From contig CAWHTX010000013.1 in assembly GCA_963832355.1 (NCBI GenBank), positions 154,328 to 218,327 of the forward strand: a stretch of 64,000 nucleotides of DNA. The letters are read 5' to 3'. A program made the translations under genes and the position numbers. The notes under the pieces were generated by a model. It searched no databases and was not told the origin of the DNA. It saw only the letters and a list, made by a program, of their open reading frames with translations. Shown here in pieces: positions 41,301-49,602 of this stretch. Positions within the stretch are counted from its first letter, which is position 1, and the number at the start of each line of letters is the position of its first letter. Source of the stretch: an uncultured Bacteroidota bacterium. GTDB taxonomy: Bacteria; Bacteroidota; Ignavibacteria; Ignavibacteriales; Ignavibacteriaceae.

Positions 41301-44102
41301 ATGAGGAGTCATTTACCGGTTATTGTCCTTCTGGCTTTATTATGCGGCGGGACAATAAATCTATTTGCTCAGAGTTCTTCAGAAGATCCACGATGGTCAA
41401 GGCCATCAATTGATCTAACCAACTCAGTTGTTCAAAACACCAAGTGGCAGCCTGCTGTGCAGGTACACAGGCAATACAACTTCCGTGATGTTGTTGCCGA
41501 TGTAAGCCCAAACTTCAGACCGTTTCCCACAACCAATACCACTCAGTCAGAAATGAGTATCGATGTTCACCCAACCGATCCTGACAACGTTTTCGCTTCG
41601 GCCAATGCATCAACCTGGCCGGTTACCACAATTTATGGTACGGGTGTTTATTGGAGTTTAGATGGAGGTACTTCCTGGTCTGGTGCTGATAACCCACCCT
41701 TCGGTGGAAATGGCGGCGATCCTGCATCAGTTATCGGACCGAATGGATATTATTATGAAGGATACCTGGTAGGAGGCAGCTATGCCCTCGGTATCGCAGT
41801 ATCAACTAACAGTGGAGCAAACTGGTCAACTCATACAGTATATGCCAGCGGCAACCAGGATAAAGAACATGTAATGGTTGACAAAACAGCTTCAAGCCCT
41901 TATGTAAACCGTGTATATTATCCCTGGTCAAATCTGAACGCTTCGCAGGTAGGATTAGTCTATTCGACGGATTTTGGTTCGACCTGGTCGGCATATAAAA
42001 ATGTCTCAGCCGGAGTAGTTACATCAGGATTTGGACAAGGACCAAACGTACAGACTGCAGCAAATGGTGATGTTTATGTATGTTATGCAGTCTATGATGC
42101 AAACTGGACAGATGGAGAAGACGCAATAGGATTCTCGAAATCGACGGATGGAGGTGCAACCTGGACCGGAACTCGTGCTTATGATCATTTAAACTTCGGG
42201 ATCCGTGGTACATTATCAAGCAAGGGCGGAATGAGAGTGAATTCCTTTCCGAGTATGGCGGTAGACAGATCTGGTGGTCCTAACGATGGTAATATTTATA
42301 TCTGCTGGCCTCAAAGAAGTGTAGCACCGGCCGGAAATGATCCTGATGTTATAATGGTAAAATCAACTGACGGGGGAACAACCTGGTCAGCACCGTTCAG
42401 AGTAAATGATGATGCACTTAATAATGGAAAAGACCAGATATTCCCCTGGTGTACTGTAGACCAGTCAACCGGACAGCTGATGGTAGTATTTTATGACAGT
42501 CGTAATGTAACCAACAATATGGCTGAAGTATTTATGGCTACTTCTTATGACGGAGGAGATACATTTAATAATTTCGTTGTAAGTGATCAGTCGTTTGTTT
42601 TTGGTCCTATTGCGGGATTCGCCGGCGGTTATGGCGGCGATTATATCGGGATTGCAGCAGTTAATGACGTAGCATACCCATACTGGATGGACAGCAGGAC
42701 AGGTAATTCACAGGGCTGGATGGCAAAGGTAACCTTCGGACCTCCTTGTCCTGTTGAAGCAGCTACAGATCCTACACCGGCAAACGGCGCTATGGATGTT
42801 TCAAATGAGTTAGCACAGCTTAGCTGGTCAAACGGTGCCGGCGCAGTAACGAACGAGTTATACTGGGGAACCGATCCCGGCAACCTGGCGCTCGTACAGA
42901 GCGGAAGCCTGGCTTCAAGTTGGGATATCACCGGCGGGCCGCTTCAATATTCAACTAATTATTATTGGAGAGTTAACGAAATTGGTGACACCTGTAATCA
43001 GAATGGTCCAATCTGGAGCTTTACTACTGAACAGGATCCAAGTCTTATTACTCTTTTCTTTGACGATTTCGAGAGTGGAACCGACCTCTGGACAATAACC
43101 AATGACGGCGGAACCTGTGTCTGGGAGATATTTACTCCTCCTTACCCGAATACCTACACTCTCCCCTGCGGCGGGCAATGCAATGGAGTATTTGCAGCAG
43201 ACGTAGATGAGTGCGGAAGCGGTTCTACACTGTTGTCAACTGCAAAAGTAACAGAGATTATTGATGCCAGTCAGTTCCAGACTGTCACAGTTGAGTGGGA
43301 TAATGACTGGAATGCAATCGATAATGGAGACTTTGCATACGTTGATGTAAGTACCGACGGCGGAACAACCTGGCAAAACGTTGTAACCTTTAATGGGACG
43401 GATGTAAGCAATTCGCACGAAAATTATGATATCTCATCAATGGTTGCTCTTACTACCTTTGAACTCAGATTTAAGTCAGTACAACCCGGATGGGACTGGT
43501 GGTGGGCAGTTGATAATGTAAAAGTGATGGCCTGGAATATGATCCCGGTTGAACTTTCATCATTTACTGCTTCGGCAAGCGAGGGAAATGTTGCACTTAA
43601 CTGGTCAACCGCAACAGAAACCAACAATCGCGGTTTTGATGTTGAACGTAAATCTGAAAACGGTCAGTATCAGAAGGCCGGCTATGTTCCCGGATTCGGA
43701 ACTACTACTTCTGCCAAGAACTATTCTTACACAGATGAAAATGTAGCTGCCGGAAATTACACGTACAGACTTAGACAGATTGACCTGGACGGTACTTCTA
43801 AATATTCAAATGAAGTAGAGGTTGAGGTTACTGTTCCTGCTAAATTCGCGTTGGAACAGAACTATCCTAATCCGTTCAACCCGACAACAATGATAAAATA
43901 TTCTATTCCTCAGGATCAGCAGGTTAAACTGAATGTATATAACCTGCTCGGTGAGAATGTAATGACACTTGTAAACGGTTTCGAAAAAGCAGGACAGCAT
44001 GAAGTTAACTTCAATGCTGCCAGCCTTGCCAGCGGCGTTTATTTCTATAAACTTGAAGCTGGTACACGGACTTCGATCAAGAAGATGGTCCTGATGAAGT
44101 AA
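41301..44102 (+). CDS. Secreted BNR/Asp-box repeat protein with an extra MAM/choice-of-anchor-like domain and a T9SS sorting domain, paralog 2
   Basis: 933 aa. Asp-boxes are SLDGGTSW, STNSGANW, STDFGSTW, STDGGATW, STDGGTTW and SYDGGDTF. An inserted module reads FFDDFESGTDLWTI...WWWAVDNVKV. The C-terminal 190 aa closely match paralog 1. Confidence 0.8.
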   Translation: MRSHLPVIVLLALLCGGTINLFAQSSSEDPRWSRPSIDLTNSVVQNTKWQPAVQVHRQYNFRDVVADVSPNFRPFPTTNTTQSEMSIDVHPTDPDNVFASANASTWPVTTIYGTGVYWSLDGGTSWSGADNPPFGGNGGDPASVIGPNGYYYEGYLVGGSYALGIAVSTNSGANWSTHTVYASGNQDKEHVMVDKTASSPYVNRVYYPWSNLNASQVGLVYSTDFGSTWSAYKNVSAGVVTSGFGQGPNVQTAANGDVYVCYAVYDANWTDGEDAIGFSKSTDGGATWTGTRAYDHLNFGIRGTLSSKGGMRVNSFPSMAVDRSGGPNDGNIYICWPQRSVAPAGNDPDVIMVKSTDGGTTWSAPFRVNDDALNNGKDQIFPWCTVDQSTGQLMVVFYDSRNVTNNMAEVFMATSYDGGDTFNNFVVSDQSFVFGPIAGFAGGYGGDYIGIAAVNDVAYPYWMDSRTGNSQGWMAKVTFGPPCPVEAATDPTPANGAMDVSNELAQLSWSNGAGAVTNELYWGTDPGNLALVQSGSLASSWDITGGPLQYSTNYYWRVNEIGDTCNQNGPIWSFTTEQDPSLITLFFDDFESGTDLWTITNDGGTCVWEIFTPPYPNTYTLPCGGQCNGVFAADVDECGSGSTLLSTAKVTEIIDASQFQTVTVEWDNDWNAIDNGDFAYVDVSTDGGTTWQNVVTFNGTDVSNSHENYDISSMVALTTFELRFKSVQPGWDWWWAVDNVKVMAWNMIPVELSSFTASASEGNVALNWSTATETNNRGFDVERKSENGQYQKAGYVPGFGTTTSAKNYSYTDENVAAGNYTYRLRQIDLDGTSKYSNEVEVEVTVPAKFALEQNYPNPFNPTTMIKYSIPQDQQVKLNVYNLLGENVMTLVNGFEKAGQHEVNFNAASLASGVYFYKLEAGTRTSIKKMVLMK

Positions 44103-44126
44103 TGTTCATCTGATCTGAAGAATTCA

Positions 44127-44159
44127 AAAGGCTGCTCAGAGTTGGGCAGCCTTTTTTTT
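44127..44159 (+). terminator. Rho-independent terminator after BNR paralog 2
   Basis: aaaggctgc-tcagagttgg-gcagccttt followed by a T-run. Confidence 0.8.
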
Positions 44160-44261
44160 GAAAACTGAAGATTGCCTTCTATGGTCGGGAAGGATTACGG
44201 GATTAAGGAAATTATTTTTATATTTTTACTTTTAATATTTACGAGCTGAAGAATCCGGGAT

Positions 44262-45551
44262 ATGAAAATAAAAATTCTGCTTTACCTGTTTTTTTCAATT
44301 ACATTTTCAATGAATGCCCAGAATTTCTGGGAAAAAATTGATAGTCCTACTTCAAAAAAATTAACATCCGTAATTTTCATTGATAGTTCAAATGGCTGGG
44401 CGGCCGGAGATTCCGGATTGATTATTCATACTACAGATGCAGGGGAAAGCTGGACAACCCAAAATTATAACGATTCAATTGCCATAGTGAATTTGTGTTT
44501 CCTTAGCGATCAGCTTGGTTTTGCTTCGGCAACCAGTACAAACTATGAACCTTTCGGTTCATATCTACTGAAAACGACAGACGGTGGAATGAACTGGAGC
44601 TCGGATTTTTTGAGAATAGGCGAGGCATTTGTTCATTCTATTACCTTCATTGATTCTCTGAATGGATTTGCCGTTGGATACCCTTCCTTTTTCCTCCGTA
44701 CATCCGATGGAGGTGAATCCTGGCGGTCTGTTACCCGTGATTCCTCAATTTATGCTCAGTGGCCCCCGGAAACGGTTAAATTTTATGATTCCAGTTATGG
44801 ATTTGCATGCGGGGGTACCCGTGATGTGGTAGGAGTAATATGGAAAACAACAGATAGCGGTTATTCATGGACCACAGTTGTTGATTCAACCTCTGCTCCC
44901 CCCGAACCGCTTTATGCCATCCAGATATTTGATTCTTTAAATGTACTTGTATTAGGGGGCGATCCTGAATTCGGGGCAAGTGTTTTAAGATCTTATGATG
45001 GCGGCAGCTCCTGGAGATATTATAATGTCGGCATCTTATGGTTCCCGGTAGAGATGGGTTTCAGAACGGCAGCAGAAGGATGGGCTCCAATGGGCCCTAA
45101 ACGAGGTTTTTTGTTTACAGATGATTCGGGTGAGAATTGGTCATTTATTAATACTCCTGATTCTGCATATGTAACCAACATTAGTTTCCCCGATTCTATA
45201 CATGGCTATGCGGTTGGTATAAACGGGACTATGTTAAAATATACTTATCCGAAACCAAATAATATTGAAACTGAGACAGGTATGGCCGGATCATTCTACC
45301 TTGCTCAGAACTACCCTAATCCCTTTAACCCGGTAACGAGCATAAGTTACAGAATAAAATCCGCGGGAATGGTCTCAATTAAAGTTTATAATGTTCTTGG
45401 TAAACAAATTGCTTCCCTGGTGAATGAGTATAAACCGGAAGGGAGTTACACAGTTGAATTTAATGGGAGCGATTTACCCAGCGGCGTGTACTTGTACAGG
45501 TTAAGATCAGGGGAGTACAGTGCGGTGAAAAAAATGTTACTGGTAAAATAG
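44262..45551 (+). CDS. Ycf48/Hcf136-like BNR beta-propeller protein with a T9SS sorting domain
   Basis: 429 aa. Repeated T-x-D-x-G-x-S/N-W boxes (TTDAGESW, TTDGGMNW, TSDGGESW, TTDSGYSW, SYDGGSSW, DDSGENW). The C-terminus is NYPNPFNPVT...GVYLYRL...KKMLLVK. Confidence 0.75.
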   Translation: MKIKILLYLFFSITFSMNAQNFWEKIDSPTSKKLTSVIFIDSSNGWAAGDSGLIIHTTDAGESWTTQNYNDSIAIVNLCFLSDQLGFASATSTNYEPFGSYLLKTTDGGMNWSSDFLRIGEAFVHSITFIDSLNGFAVGYPSFFLRTSDGGESWRSVTRDSSIYAQWPPETVKFYDSSYGFACGGTRDVVGVIWKTTDSGYSWTTVVDSTSAPPEPLYAIQIFDSLNVLVLGGDPEFGASVLRSYDGGSSWRYYNVGILWFPVEMGFRTAAEGWAPMGPKRGFLFTDDSGENWSFINTPDSAYVTNISFPDSIHGYAVGINGTMLKYTYPKPNNIETETGMAGSFYLAQNYPNPFNPVTSISYRIKSAGMVSIKVYNVLGKQIASLVNEYKPEGSYTVEFNGSDLPSGVYLYRLRSGEYSAVKKMLLVK

Positions 45552-45552
45552 C

Positions 45553-47568
45553 TTATTCCCAGTCGTCTTCAAGGAGCCAGCCTTCTGCGAGTTCCTGCCT
45601 GATCCCTGTAATAAACCGTGATGGCTTGGAAAGTGTCATTCCTGCTTCTCTGTCGAACATATTCATTGGGTAGGTAATAAAAAGATTCTGCTTGGCCCTC
45701 GTTGAAGCTACATACATCAACCTTCGCTCCTCTTCCAAAGCATCAATGCTTTCAGCAGAGCGGTATGACGGAAAGAACCCTTCAACCGCATGAATAATAA
45801 ACACAGAATGCCACTCCAATCCCTTTGCGGAATGTATCGTTGAGAGTGTCAGGTATTCTTCCTCCTTGTCTGCGGGACCAATATCGATTACACTGTCGAT
45901 AATAGGCTCAATTGCCATATCAGCAAGCAGCGTATCCAGTGTTTTATAATTCTCCGCGATATTCTGGAATATTTCCATATCCTTATTCCGCTTATTAAAA
46001 TCATCGTATTTCTGTTTGAAAATAGGATGATAGTAATCGAGCACCAGCTGAAGCTTTTCTGACGGAAGCGATTTTTCTGTATGAAGTTTATAAAGTAACT
46101 GGAAAAGATTTACCATCCTGTCGTTGTATTTGAAAGATGGCTGCTGATGGGGACTGGATTTAATCGATAGTCTTGCCAGCGCAAGTTCATCAAGAATCTT
46201 CTGGGCAGTCTTCGGACCCACGCCTTCATGCAGAAGCAGCACTCTGTACCAGCTTACAATGTCTTTGGGGTTTGCGGCAATTCTCAGGAATGCCAGCACA
46301 TCTTTTATATGTGCAGTTTCGATAAACTTCATTCCGCCAAATTTCTGGAATGGAATGTTTGCCTTGCCGAGTTCAATTTCAAGATCAAAAGAGAAAAAAG
46401 ATGATCTGAAGAGAACCGCAATATCATTCAGGGGAATACCTTCTTCTCTTAATTCAAGGACCTTCTCAACAATAAATTTCGACTGAAGATTCTCCGTGGA
46501 GGCAGCAATAATATTGGGCAATGCTCCGCCGGGTTTCCTGGTATATAAATGCTTTTCGTATTTCTCGGCGGCTCTTTCGATAATATGATTTGTAAAATCA
46601 AGCACCGGCTGTATGCTTCTGAAGTTTTCCTCAAGCTTGATGATCTTTACGTCCTTAAAGAGTTTCGGGAATTCCATTATGTTTTTGAAATTCGCACCCC
46701 GGAATGAATAAATCGACTGGGAATCATCTCCCACAACCATAACATTGTTGTTATGCTGCGTAAGTCCCTTTACAATATCCGCCTGCAGTTTGTTAGTGTC
46801 CTGATATTCGTCTACCATAACAAAATTAATTGTAGACAAGAGCGATTTTGCGCCGGGGGAAAGTTCCTGAAGAAACTTATTAAGGTACACGAGCAGATCA
46901 TCGTAATCAAAAAGGTTATTTTTTCTTTTATATTCTTCAAAGACTTTTTTAATGGCAAGTATTTTATCGAGCTGTTCTATAAAGTGAGGATAGTCCTCTT
47001 CAATTATATCTTCTACCCTACGGCCTGTATTCACGCTCAGGCTGTATACCTTATTAAGAGTCCGCTTATTGGGAAATCTCTTTTCCTTTCCTACAAGTCC
47101 CGACTGATTTCTTATCAGGTTAATGACATCTTCACTATCACCCTGATCCAGTATAGTAAATGAAGGATTTATACCAAGCGCCTTAGCATATTTACGAAGT
47201 GTCAGGTTAGCAAACGAGTGAAACGTACCGCCTCTTATTTTAGCGCAGCGGTTATCAAGTAGTATGGAAGCGCGGTTCATCATCTCATTAGCTGCTTTAC
47301 GGGTGAAAGTAAGCAGGACAATCGACTGGGGATCATAGCCAAGCTCTACAAGTCTGGCCACGCGAAAAACAAGAGTCCTTGTTTTTCCTGTCCCCGCTCC
47401 CGCTATTATAAGGTAAGCGCCTTCCAGAGCAGAAGCCGCTTCGTATTGAGCGGGATTCAGCTCGTTCTGGTAATTAATTGTGAAACGGGACTCATCCATT
47501 TCACGTTTAATAAAACCGGATTGTCCCGTTTCGTGTATTCGTTTTAATTTATATTTCTTCTGAATCAT
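45553..47568 (-). CDS. UvrD/PcrA/Rep-family ATP-dependent DNA helicase
   Basis: 671 aa. Motif I AGAGTGKT, VDEYQDTN, VGDDSQSIYSFRGA, TIHSAKGLEW and YVASTRAK. Confidence 0.9.
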   Translation of the reverse strand: MIQKKYKLKRIHETGQSGFIKREMDESRFTINYQNELNPAQYEAASALEGAYLIIAGAGTGKTRTLVFRVARLVELGYDPQSIVLLTFTRKAANEMMNRASILLDNRCAKIRGGTFHSFANLTLRKYAKALGINPSFTILDQGDSEDVINLIRNQSGLVGKEKRFPNKRTLNKVYSLSVNTGRRVEDIIEEDYPHFIEQLDKILAIKKVFEEYKRKNNLFDYDDLLVYLNKFLQELSPGAKSLLSTINFVMVDEYQDTNKLQADIVKGLTQHNNNVMVVGDDSQSIYSFRGANFKNIMEFPKLFKDVKIIKLEENFRSIQPVLDFTNHIIERAAEKYEKHLYTRKPGGALPNIIAASTENLQSKFIVEKVLELREEGIPLNDIAVLFRSSFFSFDLEIELGKANIPFQKFGGMKFIETAHIKDVLAFLRIAANPKDIVSWYRVLLLHEGVGPKTAQKILDELALARLSIKSSPHQQPSFKYNDRMVNLFQLLYKLHTEKSLPSEKLQLVLDYYHPIFKQKYDDFNKRNKDMEIFQNIAENYKTLDTLLADMAIEPIIDSVIDIGPADKEEEYLTLSTIHSAKGLEWHSVFIIHAVEGFFPSYRSAESIDALEEERRLMYVASTRAKQNLFITYPMNMFDREAGMTLSKPSRFITGIRQELAEGWLLEDDWE

Positions 47569-48218
47569 CTACGCAGGTATTTCGGCTTTCCTAATATCTC
47601 TGAAAAAACTATAAATTCTTTTAATGACTGTGGAGAATATATTTTTTTTCTTAAATCATCAAAAGGATAAGGTACTTCCTTATTGCGTTCAGCAAGCATG
47701 CGTTCAAATCTTTCTGCTTCTTTTTCAATAGCTGCATCAACTTTTGGTGATCCTTTTATAATCAGATAATGCGTGTGCCAGCTCTTATCCAGCTTATGTT
47801 CTGTCGTTGACTGCTCGTGCCATTCCTCCGACTCAGTGTGCCATTCCTTATTCTCTGAATGCCATTCAGAATCCTCCGAATGCCACTCGGAATCTTCAGT
47901 ATGCCATTCTTTATCTTCTGTATGTTCTGAGGGGGGTACTTTTCTCATTTCAGCTTTTTCGGCATCCGATTCCATTTTCCGCTGACTGGTATAATCACTT
48001 TCTCCCTTGAACAAACCTTCGATTTCTTTAAGGATATCGTATTCGCCCTGCGTTCCTTTTTTTTCATAACCCGGTGAAGAATAATTATTCCTGGTGCTGT
48101 CATCAGGACTATTCGAAGGGCGGGGCGGAGTTTTCCCTTTATCCTTTTTCTTAAACAGAGAGTTAAGAAATGCGAATATTATGAACAGGTAAATAAGTAT
48201 TTGAATATACTCGCTCAT
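47565..48218 (-). CDS. Membrane-anchored hypothetical protein with (S/T)E-x-x-EWH heptad repeats
   Basis: 217 aa. N-terminal TM (ILIYLFIIFAFLNSLF) and a central TEDKEWH-TEDSEWH-SEDSEWH-SENKEWH-TESEEWH array. Start and stop overlap floA and the helicase gene. Confidence 0.7.
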   Translation of the reverse strand: MSEYIQILIYLFIIFAFLNSLFKKKDKGKTPPRPSNSPDDSTRNNYSSPGYEKKGTQGEYDILKEIEGLFKGESDYTSQRKMESDAEKAEMRKVPPSEHTEDKEWHTEDSEWHSEDSEWHSENKEWHTESEEWHEQSTTEHKLDKSWHTHYLIIKGSPKVDAAIEKEAERFERMLAERNKEVPYPFDDLRKKIYSPQSLKEFIVFSEILGKPKYLRR

Positions 48219-49207
48219 CAGCTGTCTTTATCCTTTTTCCTCTCAGGTTTGGAAATAGCGTTTCTCATATCTGTATCTGATTGAATATTCTTCATCCCGT
48301 AATAATCCATAATACCTAGATTTCCTGATCTGAATGCCTCAGCCATTGCTTTTGGCACTTCAGCCTCGGCTTCAACCACTCTTGCACGCTGTTTTGCAAC
48401 TTCTGCAATGTTTTCCTGCTCGGTTGCCACTGCAGCAGCGCGTCTTTCTTCCGCTTTCGCACGGGCAATCTTAAGATCAGCTTCAGCCTGATCAGTCTGC
48501 AGTTTTGCGCCGATATTCTCCCCGACGTCCACATCTGCAATATCAATTGAAAGTATCTCAAAAGCAGTACCTGAATCAAGTCCTTTTGCAAGAACACTTT
48601 TCGAGATCCTGTCGGGATTTTCAAGAACGTGCTTATGAGAATCGCTTGACCCGATTGTAGACACGATTCCCTCGCCAACCCTTGCCAGGATAGTTGCTTC
48701 ACCGGCGCCGCCCACAAGTCTCTCAATATTGGCACGAACAGTAATTCTGGCGATCGCCTTCAGCTGAATGCCGTCTTTTGCCACTGCAGCTACCACCGGT
48801 GTCTCAATTACTTTGGGCAGGACTGACATTTTGACAGCTTCTAAGACATCACGGCCTGCCAAATCTATCGCAGTTGCACGCTCAAATGTCAGACCCAGGT
48901 TCGCTTTGTCTGCCGAAACCAGTGCATTGATGACTTTTACAACATTTCCACCAGCCAGGTAATGAGCTTCAAGTTTATTCTGTTCCACCTGAATACCGGC
49001 TTTAGTTGCTGTAATCATACTTCTGACGATTACCACCGGGGGAACTTTTCTTAGCCGCATTCCGATCAGATCTTTAAAGATCTTTAATTTTACCCCTGAA
49101 AAATAGGCCGTAATAAACAGTCCTATTGGAACAAAATAGAGGAAAACGATTAAAAAGAGTATTATTGCTATTATTATTACGATTGATAGTCCGGTTAAGG
49201 CTTCCAT
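48218..49207 (-). CDS. floA: Flotillin-like protein FloA (SPFH domain, UPF0365/YqfA family)
   Basis: 329 aa. N-terminal [23 protein letters not shown] and a C-terminal Ala/Glu-rich coiled region are typical of FloA. Confidence 0.88.
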   Translation of the reverse strand: MEALTGLSIVIIIAIILFLIVFLYFVPIGLFITAYFSGVKLKIFKDLIGMRLRKVPPVVIVRSMITATKAGIQVEQNKLEAHYLAGGNVVKVINALVSADKANLGLTFERATAIDLAGRDVLEAVKMSVLPKVIETPVVAAVAKDGIQLKAIARITVRANIERLVGGAGEATILARVGEGIVSTIGSSDSHKHVLENPDRISKSVLAKGLDSGTAFEILSIDIADVDVGENIGAKLQTDQAEADLKIARAKAEERRAAAVATEQENIAEVAKQRARVVEAEAEVPKAMAEAFRSGNLGIMDYYGMKNIQSDTDMRNAISKPERKKDKDS

Positions 49208-49602
49208 TGCGAGCTCTCCAAGAATTTTTAATTGGATTTTAATTTTAACATATATTTACTTTATTAGCAATAAATGGAGCATTTTTTAGACAGATAACTT
49301 CTTTTTGGGAAAAGTTAAAATTGAACAGGAGATGGGATTTCGGCTTAAAAATTGATTTCAGCTACTCATGCAACCTACCTCACTTTCAATGGTATAATAA
49401 TTGTTTAATTATCAAAGAGAATGAACTCGATGCAGAAATTTATGGTTTAATTTAAGGAAGTGAATTTTAGTAATTATAAATAATAATAAATGAGGGATTT
49501 TTTTGAATTTTTGCCAGCTTGATTGCAGAATTATCTATTTATATATTAACAAGAGAGTTTAGCAGAAGCGTAAAAAACCTCATTTGAAAGTAAGGAATCA
49601 TT

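Noticed and set aside
49512-49527. Sigma-54-like element tgccagcttgattgca upstream of clpC
   Set aside because: The -12 TTGCA and the spacing fit, but the invariant -24 GG is GC, so it is unlikely to be functional.
49208-49602. CtsR or CIRCE/HrcA operators and a promoter in the 395-nt floA-clpC divergent spacer. A TGGTATAAT extended -10 is present at 49390-49398.
   Set aside because: I found no GGTCAAA direct repeat and no TTAGCACTC-N9-GAGTGCTAA inverted repeat. The extended -10 match is a single hexamer in AT-rich DNA and cannot be supported without a mapped TSS.
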